DNA of 64,000 nucleotides from Acutalibacteraceae bacterium (GCA_045635665.1 JAZTWC010000069.1:8532-72531); one strand, 5' to 3'. Positions 1 to 9,342 are shown, numbered from the stretch's first letter. Numbers and translations are program-made. The notes: generated by a model not told the origin, from the sequence alone.

Positions 1-1
1 G

Positions 2-553
2 ATACTTGTCAATAGTGACATGAGAATTCCAGATGGTTATGTACCTGACCTGCTGACCCTATCAAACGGTCAGCAGGTTGACAAACGAATTTATCCCCAT
101 TTGCAGCAGATGTTTGATGATATGAGAGCTTTGGGTCATAGGCCCATAGTTGTATCGGGTTACAGAAGTCAAGCAGAGCAGGAGGAAATACTTCAGGATA
201 AGTACCGTGCTTATTTGAATGAGGGGCATAATCAGATCGTAGCAAAACAATTGGCTCTGCAGTGGGTAGCTGAGCCTGGTACAAGTGAGCATCAGCTTGG
301 TATAGCCGTCGATATAAATCCAGATTACAGTGTATCGAAAGGCCAAGGTTTTTATGAGTGGCTCAAAGATAATGCTCATAAATACGGTTTCATTAAACGA
401 TATCCCGAGGATAAGGTTGAAATCACAGGTATATCAAATGAGCGTTGGCACTACAGATATGTGGGCAAAGAGGTCGCAAAAATAATGTATGAAGAAAATC
501 TTTGCCTTGAGGAATATATTGAAAATATTACGGAATTGTTAATTAATTCATAA
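2..553 (+). CDS. D-alanyl-D-alanine carboxypeptidase, peptidase M15B/VanY family (5' end outside window)
   Basis: Motifs SGYRS, EHQLGIAVD and RWHYRYVG match the VanY-type zinc-peptidase signature. The frame stays open to the window edge: ILVNSD precedes the listed Met, which matches the usual LVN..N.LP..Y.P segment. Confidence 0.8.
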   Translation: MLVNSDMRIPDGYVPDLLTLSNGQQVDKRIYPHLQQMFDDMRALGHRPIVVSGYRSQAEQEEILQDKYRAYLNEGHNQIVAKQLALQWVAEPGTSEHQLGIAVDINPDYSVSKGQGFYEWLKDNAHKYGFIKRYPEDKVEITGISNERWHYRYVGKEVAKIMYEENLCLEEYIENITELLINS

Positions 554-620
554 ATTGTTGAAAAAATTATCTTTTAGTGGTATTATAAAAAAGAAATATC
601 CATTAAAGGTAGGTTTTAAT

Positions 621-2195
621 ATGAAGAAAATTATATCAATACTTCTTGCGATTATTATGATTTTCAGCTGTGTTGTGCCTGCACTGGCTACAGCTGATGA
701 AAAAGAGGAATACCCTATAATTTATCTTTCAGGTTTCGGAAGTGCGCTTTTCAGTGACAACTTGCCAACTCCTGAGACTCAGATATATCCCCTCAAACTC
801 GATATAATGGGTGTAATCCAAGAAAAACTCCCCGGTATTCTTAAGGAGTTACCTGCCGGTTTTGCAACAGGTAACTGGGATGTTTACTGCGACAGAATTT
901 TTGACGCATTTGCTCCTATATTTGAAGACATAAAGCTCGACAATAACGGTGAAGCATCTAACGGTAGCGGTAATGCAGGTTATATGCTGATTAAACCTTT
1001 CCCTGAAAAGACAAGCGATTACGGTCTTTGGGATTATCAGTATAACTATGACTGGCGTCTTTCACCGATGCTTGTTGTTGATGAGCTTAAAGAATTTATT
1101 GAGAGAGTCAAGACTCTTACCGGCAAAGACAAAGTCAATCTTGTGGGTCGTTGCCTCGGTGGTAACGTTATTACAGCTTACCTGACAAAGCATCAGAGTC
1201 ATGCTGAGGAAAATATCAACTCGGTTATGCTCTTTACTCCGAGTACACTCGGTCTTGATTTCTTCGGTGAGCTTTTCTCAGGCAAGGCAGTTTTCAACCC
1301 CAATGATGTAGATAACTTTGTCGGCTATGCTCTCGAACAGTGGGAAGTATTCAATGACCCGACTTCACGAGCTTTGGTTCAGGCGATAGTCAGCATCAGC
1401 AATGAGCTCAAAACTCTCGATATAAGTCTTGACTTATTCCAGAAAGCATTTGATAACATTAAGGATAATATTCTTCCAAGATGCATCAGAGCAAGCTTTG
1501 GTACATTCTCATCATTCTGGTCGATGGTACCTGCTTACTGTTACGAAGATGCAAAGGCTTATGTTTTTGGTGGTCTCGAGAGCGAGTACAGCGGACTTAT
1601 TGAAAAGATGGATGACTATTACTACAACTGCCAGCTTAAGATTACTGATGTACTCAAAGAGCTTGAGGCAGCAGGTGTGGGTATCGGTTTTATAGGTAAA
1701 TATAATACTCCAAACTTACCCGTATACGAATCTGCAGGTCAGCAGGGCGACCTTATGGCTGACACTAATAAAGGTACTTTCGGTGCAATTTGTGCAGATT
1801 ACGGTCAGGTTCTTTCAGAGGAATATATTGCTTCAATTGCTGATAAGAGATTCCTTTCACCTGATAAGGTTATAAATGCATCAACTTGCCTTTTCCCTGA
1901 AAAGACATGGTTTATCAAAGATCTTTGGCATAACTATTTCCCTGAAACTGTGGATCCGCTTATTCTTAAGTTTGTTCGCAGCGGCGGTGAAATGACAGTC
2001 TTTGATGACCCTGAGTGGCCTCAGTATATGAGCTGTGACAGAAAGACTTATGCGATCACTCCTGAGGTAACTTACGAGGAACCCGATTATGAATTCGGTA
2101 CATTCAAGAGACTTATTCAGGTGTTGAAAGAGTTTTTCATTATAGTACCCCAGTATCTGAAAGCGCTCTTTGCCAATATGGCTGCAAAAGCTTAA
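621..2195 (+). CDS. Secreted LCAT-like alpha/beta-hydrolase (lipase/acyltransferase family) with an atypical G-R-C-L-G nucleophile elbow
   Basis: The Met at 621 opens a signal peptide (MKKIISILLAIIMIFSCVVPALA). YPIIYLSGFGS, YDWRLSP and VNLVGRCLGG resemble the LCAT/PF02450-type motifs. The upstream TTG at 555 adds only a non-hydrophobic extension. Confidence 0.55.
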   Translation: MKKIISILLAIIMIFSCVVPALATADEKEEYPIIYLSGFGSALFSDNLPTPETQIYPLKLDIMGVIQEKLPGILKELPAGFATGNWDVYCDRIFDAFAPIFEDIKLDNNGEASNGSGNAGYMLIKPFPEKTSDYGLWDYQYNYDWRLSPMLVVDELKEFIERVKTLTGKDKVNLVGRCLGGNVITAYLTKHQSHAEENINSVMLFTPSTLGLDFFGELFSGKAVFNPNDVDNFVGYALEQWEVFNDPTSRALVQAIVSISNELKTLDISLDLFQKAFDNIKDNILPRCIRASFGTFSSFWSMVPAYCYEDAKAYVFGGLESEYSGLIEKMDDYYYNCQLKITDVLKELEAAGVGIGFIGKYNTPNLPVYESAGQQGDLMADTNKGTFGAICADYGQVLSEEYIASIADKRFLSPDKVINASTCLFPEKTWFIKDLWHNYFPETVDPLILKFVRSGGEMTVFDDPEWPQYMSCDRKTYAITPEVTYEEPDYEFGTFKRLIQVLKEFFIIVPQYLKALFANMAAKA

Positions 2196-2206
2196 GTGAA
2201 AATATT

Positions 2207-2240
2207 AAGACTGTGACTAATTTTAGCCACAGTCTTTTTT
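2207..2240. terminator. Bidirectional rho-independent terminator between convergent genes
   Basis: AAGACTGTG / CACAGTCTT stem followed by a T-run, located between the stops of the + and - strand genes. Confidence 0.6.
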
Positions 2241-3411
2241 ATAGTTTGTATTCTCTGAGAAACTCGGTCAAGGCTTCTTGCGCACCGGTTGTAATGCTAC
2301 CTTGTACTATCTCGGGTTTGCCACCGCCACGGCCTGAAAATGACGCATTCAAGGTTTTGCAAAGAGGTTGGAGGTTTACTCTGTTACTGACGATAGAGTA
2401 TCGGTATGAGCCATTTTCACCACAGAAACAAGCAACAAAGTCTCCGGCCTTATCCATTATAGATATTGCGAAGTCCTGGAGGAGTTTGCCCTGAAGCTTA
2501 TCGTCAAAAATGATGATTCTATCCTGAGATACAATACTCTGACTTTTGAGACTAAGCAGTTCTCTTGTGAGACCGATAATATCATATTTAAGTTTTTCGT
2601 TTTCGTTTTTTAATCGCTCGACAGCCGCCGCTGTTTCGTCTTGCTTTGCTGAGGTAAGATTGGAAACAAGGCGGTTTTGTTTTAATTTATGTCTCAGGTC
2701 AAAGAGAGCTCTCTCTCCGCAGAGTATGCTGACTCTTGTGCCACCTTTGTATCGCTCAAAGTTTACAACTCTCACAATGCCAATTTCACCCGTAAATTTA
2801 ACATGAGGGGCACAGCAAGCACATATATCCACTCCGGGAATCTCGACGAGTCTTACCTGACCGTCGATTTCTATTTTAGAACGGTATTTTATCTCTTTGA
2901 GCTCCTCATCAGAGGGGAATGTGACCTTGATTTCAAGGTTGCGCCATATAACCTCGTTGACAAGGCTTTCAACTTTACAGATATCGTCTTCATTGAGCTC
3001 ACCGTCAAAGTCGAGAGTGACAACTTCACTGCCGAGATGGAAGCCAACATTGTTGTAACCGTAAAGTGAATTGACGATACCTGAGAAAATATGCTCGCCT
3101 GAGTGCTGTTGCATATCGGAAAAACGCTTTTTTTCATCGATTTTTCCACTCAAAATGCTTCCTAACAGGAACTTTTCAGCATTTTCATCAGAGTTTTTAA
3201 CAAAATGCACTATCTTACCGTTGATAATTTGTACGTTTTCCACATTGACTCCGTCGAGTGTACCTTTATCACAAGTCTGCCCGCCGCCCTCAGGAAAGAA
3301 GGCAGTGCGGTCAGTTTCAATGTAAATATAATCCGTATCACTGTAAAGTGATATTACTTTACACTTAAATTCGTAAAGGTAGCTGTCGGTGTCGTATAAC
3401 TTCTCTGTCAT
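2239..3411 (-). CDS. alaX: Alanyl-tRNA editing protein AlaX-L (tRNA_SAD editing domain plus DHHA1-like C-terminus)
   Basis: Zinc-binding HSGEH (HxxxH) and CCAPH (CxxxH) editing-site motifs; ~390 aa; AGGAG RBS upstream. Confidence 0.75.
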   Translation of the reverse strand: MTEKLYDTDSYLYEFKCKVISLYSDTDYIYIETDRTAFFPEGGGQTCDKGTLDGVNVENVQIINGKIVHFVKNSDENAEKFLLGSILSGKIDEKKRFSDMQQHSGEHIFSGIVNSLYGYNNVGFHLGSEVVTLDFDGELNEDDICKVESLVNEVIWRNLEIKVTFPSDEELKEIKYRSKIEIDGQVRLVEIPGVDICACCAPHVKFTGEIGIVRVVNFERYKGGTRVSILCGERALFDLRHKLKQNRLVSNLTSAKQDETAAAVERLKNENEKLKYDIIGLTRELLSLKSQSIVSQDRIIIFDDKLQGKLLQDFAISIMDKAGDFVACFCGENGSYRYSIVSNRVNLQPLCKTLNASFSGRGGGKPEIVQGSITTGAQEALTEFLREYKL

Positions 3412-3431
3412 AAGTCTGCGCTCCTAAAAAA

Positions 3432-4679
3432 TCAGCTGAGCTTATGGATGAAAAGTCCGCTTAAAAGCTTGGGCTCAAACCATGTTGATTTGGGAGGCAT
3501 AACCTGACCTGCATCAGCAATAGCCATAAGGTCTTCGAGAGATGTGGGGTACATAGAGAAAGCGATAACCATATCTGTGTGGCATCTTCTTTCAAGTTCA
3601 CCGAGACCGCGGATACCGCCGACAAAATCTATGCGTTTGTCAGTACGGGGATCGCTGATACCGAAAATGGGCGTGATGCAGTTATTCTGAAGAATTGACA
3701 CGTCGAGTCTGTCAACGGGGTCGTTTTCGTCAAAGGTACCATCTTTAGCAGAGAGCTTATACCACTTATCTTCAAGATACATACCGAATGTGTGCTTAGC
3801 TTCGGGTTTGTACGCACCCTCGCCCTTGTAGATTTCAACTGTAAATTTCTCGCTGAGCTTTGCGATAAACTCGTCAGCAGAGTTGCCTGCGATATCTTTC
3901 ATTACTCGGTTGTAGTCCATGATTTCAAGCTCATTTTCGGGGAAAGCCACAGCAAGGAAGTAGTTGAATTCTTCGGCACCTGTATAGTCGGGATTTGCTT
4001 CGCGTCTCATCTGGCCGACTCTTACTGCACTTGCACAACGGTGATGACCATCTGCGATATAGAGATAGTCGATACCTTCAAAAGCGTTCTGAAGTTCAGA
4101 ATTAATTTTGTCACAGTCAACAACCCAAACTGTGTTGGATATGCCGTCATCTGTTGTGAAATCATAGCAGGGCTCGTGAGTATCTTTCCAATTGTTGACA
4201 ATCTCACTGATGGCATCATTTTTGCGGTAAGTAAGGAAGATAGGTCCGGTGTTTGCATCACAATAGTCAACGTGGCGGATACGGTCAGCCTCTTTATCAG
4301 CGCGGGTAAACTCGTGCTTTTTGATGATATTATTCATATAGTCATCGATTGATGCGCAACCTACGAGACCTGTCTGACTTCTGCCGTTCATTATCTGACG
4401 GTAAATATAGAAGCAAGGCTTTTCATCCTGCTTGCAGATACCGTCGCTTTCGAGCTTGTCAAGATTTTCTCTGGCCTTGAGATAAACCTTTTCATCATAT
4501 ATATCAATGCTTTCATCAAGGTCAACTTCAGCTTTATCGACGTGTAAAAATGAGTAGGGTTTACCCTTTACCATCTCTCTTGCTTCCTGAGAGTTCATAA
4601 CGTCATAGGGCAAAGCAGCAACTTTATCTGCGTTTTCGTTTGTGGGGCGTACAGCCATAAAAGATTTAAAAACAGCCAT
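3432..4679 (-). CDS. DUF1015 family protein
   Basis: N-terminal PYDVM segment and the ADGHHR motif are typical of DUF1015. AAGGAG RBS; appears co-transcribed with alaX. Confidence 0.75.
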   Translation of the reverse strand: MAVFKSFMAVRPTNENADKVAALPYDVMNSQEAREMVKGKPYSFLHVDKAEVDLDESIDIYDEKVYLKARENLDKLESDGICKQDEKPCFYIYRQIMNGRSQTGLVGCASIDDYMNNIIKKHEFTRADKEADRIRHVDYCDANTGPIFLTYRKNDAISEIVNNWKDTHEPCYDFTTDDGISNTVWVVDCDKINSELQNAFEGIDYLYIADGHHRCASAVRVGQMRREANPDYTGAEEFNYFLAVAFPENELEIMDYNRVMKDIAGNSADEFIAKLSEKFTVEIYKGEGAYKPEAKHTFGMYLEDKWYKLSAKDGTFDENDPVDRLDVSILQNNCITPIFGISDPRTDKRIDFVGGIRGLGELERRCHTDMVIAFSMYPTSLEDLMAIADAGQVMPPKSTWFEPKLLSGLFIHKLS

Positions 4680-4806
4680 AAATTTTCTCCTTAAATTTAA
4701 TACTATACTATTGTATATGTTTTGGTTTTCATTGTCAACATTTATGTATATTTAATTGTACATGGTAAAGGATATATACGAGATTAATATTAACGAGGGA
4801 AAAACT

Positions 4807-5250
4807 ATGTCTATATCAAATGAAGAATACGGCTCTATGGCAAAAAGGTTATCGCCAAATTCACCTGTACTGACGGACTGCGTAAAAGCCTTTTTCTCAG
4901 GTGGGGCGATATGTGCTTTTGCCGAGGGTTTGAATATCGCTTTTTCTTACACGGATATGTCCACTGAAGAGAGCAAGGCTCTGACTACGACAATTCTAAT
5001 CGCCATTACGGCAATTCTGACAGCCTTGGGCATCTTCGATAAAATTGCCAAACACGCCGGTGCAGGTACTGCTGTACCCATTACGGGCTTTGCCAATTCT
5101 ATAGTATCAGCTGCCCTCGAGTTTCAGACAGAGGGCAGAATACTCGGCACTGCGGCTCAGATGTTTTCAATTGCGGGTCCCGTAATAGTTTTCGGGTGCT
5201 CCTCTGCGGCAGTGTACGGTGTAATCATATATATTTTTGGCTTATACTAA
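4807..5250 (+). CDS. spoVAC: Stage V sporulation protein AC
   Basis: CVKAFFSGGAICAFAEG motif and multi-TM profile. The internal Met at 4807 is preceded by a GAGGGA RBS. Sits in a spoVAC-AD-AE gene order. Confidence 0.85.
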   Translation: MSISNEEYGSMAKRLSPNSPVLTDCVKAFFSGGAICAFAEGLNIAFSYTDMSTEESKALTTTILIAITAILTALGIFDKIAKHAGAGTAVPITGFANSIVSAALEFQTEGRILGTAAQMFSIAGPVIVFGCSSAAVYGVIIYIFGLY

Positions 5251-5262
5251 AGGAGGCTTAAT

Positions 5263-6279
5263 ATGGCGACGAGACGTGGTAAAACTATAATCACCGAGAT
5301 AAAACCTAAGGTCATAGCCTATGCCTCGGCTGTGGGTAAAAAAGAGAGTGAAGGTCCTCTCGCTAAAGAGTTTGACGAGATTTACCAGGATACCACAATG
5401 GGCGAGGACTCTTGGGAAAAGGCGGAGAGTCTTTATCTTAAGTCGGCTATCAATAAGGCTATATCCAAGTCCAATCTAAAAAAGAGTGACATTGATATTA
5501 TTTGCTCGGGCGATCTGCTTAATCAGTGCATCGGCTCCAGCTTTGGTATCAGAGATTTCGGGTTACCTTTTTGCGGGGTATACGGAGCCTGCTCGACTAT
5601 GGCACTAAGTCTTTGTATGACAACTATTATGATTGAGACGGGAGCTTTCAGCCACGGTATAGCGGCAACCAGCTCACATTTCTGCTCGGCTGAAAAGCAA
5701 TTCCGTAAGCCTTTGGAGTATGGAGGTCAGAGACCTCCCTCAGCTCAGTGGACAGTGACGGGTTCGGGGGCGGTTGTACTCGGCAAAGACGGCGGTAAGG
5801 GTGTATACATCGACAAGATACATCTCGGTACAATTCAGGACCTCGGTATAACCGACAGCAACAATATGGGTGCGGCAATGGCTCCCGCCGCCAAGAAAAC
5901 CATAGCTGACTTCCTTAGTGATACGGGAACTAAGCCGAAAGATTACGATGCTATATTTACGGGCGACCTTGGCTCTGTAGGCAGTGACCTTTTATACGAG
6001 CTTATGCTTAAAGAAGAGAGTGTAGACCTCAACAGTGTACACAAAGACTGCGGACTTATGATATATGACCGTGAAACTCAGGACGTGCACTCGGGTGGCT
6101 CGGGATGCGGTTGCAGTGGCAGTGTGCTGTGCTCGCATATTATGAAAGGTCTTCATTCGGGGAAATATAAAAATATACTCTTTGTGGCTACGGGAGCTCT
6201 GATGTCTACTGTGTCATCACTTCAGGGACAGAGTATACCCGGTATTGCCCATCTTGTTAATTTCAAAAGGGAGGTATGA
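5263..6279 (+). CDS. spoVAD: Stage V sporulation protein AD (thiolase-like fold)
   Basis: 338 aa, ketoacyl-synthase-like sequence (GVYGACST), AAGGAGG RBS, positioned between spoVAC and spoVAE. Confidence 0.9.
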   Translation: MATRRGKTIITEIKPKVIAYASAVGKKESEGPLAKEFDEIYQDTTMGEDSWEKAESLYLKSAINKAISKSNLKKSDIDIICSGDLLNQCIGSSFGIRDFGLPFCGVYGACSTMALSLCMTTIMIETGAFSHGIAATSSHFCSAEKQFRKPLEYGGQRPPSAQWTVTGSGAVVLGKDGGKGVYIDKIHLGTIQDLGITDSNNMGAAMAPAAKKTIADFLSDTGTKPKDYDAIFTGDLGSVGSDLLYELMLKEESVDLNSVHKDCGLMIYDRETQDVHSGGSGCGCSGSVLCSHIMKGLHSGKYKNILFVATGALMSTVSSLQGQSIPGIAHLVNFKREV

Positions 6280-6282
6280 ACG

Positions 6283-6453
6283 ATGAATTTTCTCAAAACT
6301 GTAAAGTGTCTTTGCTGTCTGGTCAAGTGCTCAAAGTATGTCTATTACATCAAAAAGACTCTGTGTATTGTAACAGTTGCTCTTACTGTGTGGACTCTTC
6401 TCGGCAATATGGGCAAGTGCAAGACTTTGATTTCAAAGCTCAGGGAGATGTAA
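6283..6453 (+). CDS. Small Cys-rich membrane protein (56 aa), not in the ORF track (below its length cutoff)
   Basis: ATG at 6283 lies 8 nt after GGGAGG. Translation: MNFLKTVKCLCCLVKCSKYVYYIKKTLCIVTVALTVWTLLGNMGKCKTLISKLREM. One TM helix. The stop is 1 nt before the spoVAE start. Confidence 0.3.
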   Translation: MNFLKTVKCLCCLVKCSKYVYYIKKTLCIVTVALTVWTLLGNMGKCKTLISKLREM

Positions 6454-6454
6454 T

Positions 6455-6820
6455 ATGGATATAGCTATTGATTTGCTGAAGGCTTTTGCCGTGGGTGGCG
6501 GTATTTGTGTAATAGGTCAGTTGCTTATAGATTTCACCAAAATGACCCCCGGCAAGGTCTTGGTACTTTTTGTGGTACTTGGGTTAGTCCTCGGTGCAGT
6601 GGGACTTTATGAGCCATTGGTAGATTTTGCCGGGGCAGGAGCCACCACTCCGCTGACAGGTTTTGGTTATGCTCTTTATAAGGGTACAAGGCAGGCTGTC
6701 ATAGAGAAAGGTTTACTCGGTGCAATCAGCGGGCCTTTTTCTGCGGCGAGTGTAGGCATTATGGCGGCAGTACTCTGCGGTCTGATAGTGAGTTTGTTTG
6801 CCAAGCCGAAGGATAAATGA
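6455..6820 (+). CDS. spoVAE: Stage V sporulation protein AE (SpoVAEB-type)
   Basis: LKAFAVGGGICVIGQLLID motif, paralogous to SpoVAC; 121 aa membrane protein. Confidence 0.85.
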   Translation: MDIAIDLLKAFAVGGGICVIGQLLIDFTKMTPGKVLVLFVVLGLVLGAVGLYEPLVDFAGAGATTPLTGFGYALYKGTRQAVIEKGLLGAISGPFSAASVGIMAAVLCGLIVSLFAKPKDK

Positions 6821-6829
6821 AACCAAAAT

Positions 6830-6862
6830 ACCCCTTTTAAAGCGTCTGGCCTTAAAAGGGGT
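6830..6862. terminator. Bidirectional terminator hairpin
   Basis: ACCCCTTTTAA / TTAAAAGGGGT 11-bp stem between convergent spoVAE and the GH18 gene. Confidence 0.6.
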
Positions 6863-6882
6863 GTTACTTTTAATATGATGAT

Positions 6883-7917
6883 TTACTGATAGTTCTTGTC
6901 AACTGTTTCGCCGATTGCTCTGAGAAGTGAGTCTTCGTGAGTTGAGGGAAGGTCGCAGTTATAATGCCATATCATAACGCCACCGAAGCCGTTTCTGATG
7001 CAGTAGTCGGTCTTTGCTGCAACAACATCAGTTGTGTTAAACCAGAAATCTTTATTGATGTCGTCACAATGGTACCAACCGTCATCTGTCATTTTTTCAT
7101 AGCAACCGTTGTACCCGTACCAATAAGCTGACAGGTCAGTGGGTCTTGAATAGAAGGGGATACCCACGTTGACCTTTTCTATGGGCATACCTCTGAGACC
7201 TAACTGCTGAAGCTGTTTGACAGTGTTTTCATATGTTGAGTGTCTTCCCTCGTCATCTAAATCGTCATAGGACATAAGCTCAAAGGTGTCGATAGCTTCA
7301 ATTGCAGCGTTGGTGAATTTGATGTTCCAGGCATTGCCTGCAACACCGAGAGTATATTCGTCGCCAAGCTTTTTATCAAGAGACACGAGGAATTTGTTGT
7401 AGTAGCGCCAAGCTTTGGCAGAGAGGGGGTACTCATAGTCGAAGTGTACACCGTCGAAGTCATATTTGTCGAGTACAGCAATGATGTTATCTTCAAGTAC
7501 ACCGCTTTGGAAAGCCTTGTTGTGTTCGTCGCTCTGAGCTTCCATCTGATCTTCCCATACATCCGAGTTTGTTGTACCGCCGGGTCCGATGAGATTGAGA
7601 GTCAGGTGTATATCTCTGTCACCGATGGCTGTGCGTACCTTTGAGAGGACAGTTTCCATTTTTTCTACATCATATTCCACTTCGCCTTTGTTGTTGAAGG
7701 TTGCACACTCAAAAATTATGACATCTGTAACTATGTCGAAATCTTCTTCGTACACTTCGCCGCCCCAGTACATAATGGCGTCGCCTCGTATGTAGGTGGT
7801 AACCTTGAAATTATCAACCTTGCCGGTGTTAAGGCCGTCGCTGATGCCTAAAAATGCGGAAATAACTGTTATGAGTGCTGTGAAAAATCCGATTGCTCTT
7901 TTGATAAATGTAATCAT
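6883..7917 (-). CDS. Glycoside hydrolase family 18 (chitinase-like), signal-anchored
   Basis: FDGVHFDYEYP matches the GH18 DxxDxDxE catalytic motif. N-terminal hydrophobic segment. Confidence 0.75.
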   Translation of the reverse strand: MITFIKRAIGFFTALITVISAFLGISDGLNTGKVDNFKVTTYIRGDAIMYWGGEVYEEDFDIVTDVIIFECATFNNKGEVEYDVEKMETVLSKVRTAIGDRDIHLTLNLIGPGGTTNSDVWEDQMEAQSDEHNKAFQSGVLEDNIIAVLDKYDFDGVHFDYEYPLSAKAWRYYNKFLVSLDKKLGDEYTLGVAGNAWNIKFTNAAIEAIDTFELMSYDDLDDEGRHSTYENTVKQLQQLGLRGMPIEKVNVGIPFYSRPTDLSAYWYGYNGCYEKMTDDGWYHCDDINKDFWFNTTDVVAAKTDYCIRNGFGGVMIWHYNCDLPSTHEDSLLRAIGETVDKNYQ

Positions 7918-7996
7918 AATGAATTCTCCTTTCTTTTGTGGTTTTATTATACAGCATTTTTATGTTAAATGCAATATGCTGATTTTATGTCGGAAC

Positions 7997-8033
7997 ACAA
8001 AAAAAGAAGCTATGATTTAAACCATAGCTTCTT
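7997..8033 (-). terminator. Rho-independent terminator of the 62-aa gene
   Basis: 11-bp stem AAGAAGCTATG / CATAGCTTCTT, followed on the minus strand by TTTTTTT. Confidence 0.65.
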
Positions 8034-8050
8034 GATTTCTTTTGATTTGA

Positions 8051-8239
8051 TTATGCAACAGTTTCTGAAATGAAGTCAGCATCAAAGCTTGCGCATGAAA
8101 CGAAGTTTTCTCTTTCGTCAGCATTCTTCATCTTTTTCTTTTCGATAATCTTTGTAACTGCATAGTAAACAGCTGCAATAGCTGCAACAACTGCAAGGAT
8201 AATAGCAACAATTTTAGCGATCTTCTTAAAGGTTTCCAT
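8051..8239 (-). CDS. Small single-pass membrane protein (62 aa) with an acidic C-terminal tail
   Basis: TM segment IVAIILAVVAAIAAVYYAV; GGAGGAAC RBS; its own consensus promoter and terminator. Confidence 0.5.
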   Translation of the reverse strand: METFKKIAKIVAIILAVVAAIAAVYYAVTKIIEKKKMKNADERENFVSCASFDADFISETVA

Positions 8240-8273
8240 CTTTACTGTTCCTCCATAAATTTAAGTATAGCTA

Positions 8274-8302
8274 ATTATACCATTTATAATTAGCGTTGTC
8301 AA
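8274..8302 (-). promoter_or_regulatory. Consensus sigma-A-type promoter (TTGACA-17-TATAAT)
   Basis: The minus strand reads TTGACAacgctaattataaatggTATAAT, ~35 nt upstream of the 62-aa ORF. Confidence 0.6.
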
Positions 8303-8332
8303 TGATTTTACCGGCTAATTTTAGTATTTTTG

Positions 8333-9280
8333 TCAGTATGTAATTAAGTATTCGCCGTAGAAATCACCGCCACCTTCGACGGTCATAGTAAAGCCTAACA
8401 TTGAGCCTGAACCTCGCATCTGATGAACTTCCATATAGTTTTTAGCATAGGTTATTCTGCCCTGAGAGTCGAAGTTAGCTGTGACATAAACGCCTGTGTA
8501 ATAAATCTCGACATAGTGAGTGGTTGCCTGAGCGGGTATGAGAGCTGTTGTGTCAACAACTTCAACTATATTGGCAAGGTTAGCTGCTTCGTTGGGGTAA
8601 ATATGAGCTTCATCCTTCAGCAGAAGTGTCATTGTGTATCCGCCGTCTTCTGTGGGTGTGCAGGTTGCACTGGTAACATAGTCTTCATTGATTATACACT
8701 GCTTGTTTGGCGGGGGGAGAATTGACATTGGAGTAGCGCCTGAAGCCGCGTCCACGCCACCGACGAAGGTATATGTGGTGGGGGGGATCTGATTTTGCTC
8801 AATAACCATATTAGCTGCTTGCTCTACAATAGTGCCACCGGTGATTTTGTCGATGTTAACGTTGAGCTTACTGACTCTCAGACAAGTGAAATTGGGTGTT
8901 GCTTTAAGAGTGTTCATACCATTGACATAGGCTGCTATAGCTTCCTCTTTTGTTGAGGGTACCTTGATACCGTTTGAAGGTGGTGCCTGAGTGGGAGTCT
9001 CTGTAGGTGACTCGGTAGGCTGTTCACCTTGCTGTGTAGGTTGTTCGGGCTGAGCGGGTGTCTGAGTGGGTACAGTAGCATCTGCGTTGACTGTAGGCTG
9101 ATCAGGCAGGGTAGGCGTATCGCTTTGTATCGGGGTATTTGTAACAATAGGCGGCAAGGTAGTTGTGTCGTTCCGGATTCTCTTTTCAACCACCTGATAG
9201 GATATCAGGAAAGAGAGGCTGAAAAGCCAGACAGCAACCGCCGCTATTGATAATATTTTAACGAGTTTTTTTAATTCCAT
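8333..9280 (-). CDS. Membrane-anchored protein: N-terminal TM, Pro/Thr/Gln-rich linker, unassigned C-terminal domain shared with the two upstream genes
   Basis: The second Met (MELKKLV) has an AAGAGG RBS. The linker is TPTLPDQPT...PTETPTQAPP. The C-terminal domain shares motifs with the C-termini of 9343..12138 and 12157..14361. Confidence 0.6.
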   Translation of the reverse strand: MELKKLVKILSIAAVAVWLFSLSFLISYQVVEKRIRNDTTTLPPIVTNTPIQSDTPTLPDQPTVNADATVPTQTPAQPEQPTQQGEQPTESPTETPTQAPPSNGIKVPSTKEEAIAAYVNGMNTLKATPNFTCLRVSKLNVNIDKITGGTIVEQAANMVIEQNQIPPTTYTFVGGVDAASGATPMSILPPPNKQCIINEDYVTSATCTPTEDGGYTMTLLLKDEAHIYPNEAANLANIVEVVDTTALIPAQATTHYVEIYYTGVYVTANFDSQGRITYAKNYMEVHQMRGSGSMLGFTMTVEGGGDFYGEYLITY

Positions 9281-9342
9281 ACTGACCTCTTTTTCAAACA
9301 TTCCAAGGGATACTTCGTGTACCCCTTGGAAAAAGTCTGTTT

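Noticed and set aside
555-620. Upstream TTG start extending the LCAT-like protein by 22 aa
   Set aside because: The extension precedes a perfectly good Met plus signal peptide at 621. It starts 1 nt after the previous gene's stop and has no RBS.
6276-6464. 62-aa ORF from the track, between spoVAD and spoVAE
   Set aside because: Its ATG lies only 1 nt after the GGAGG and overlaps both neighbours. The alternative 56-codon frame starting at 6283 has proper RBS spacing and a TM helix, so the listed frame is probably spurious.
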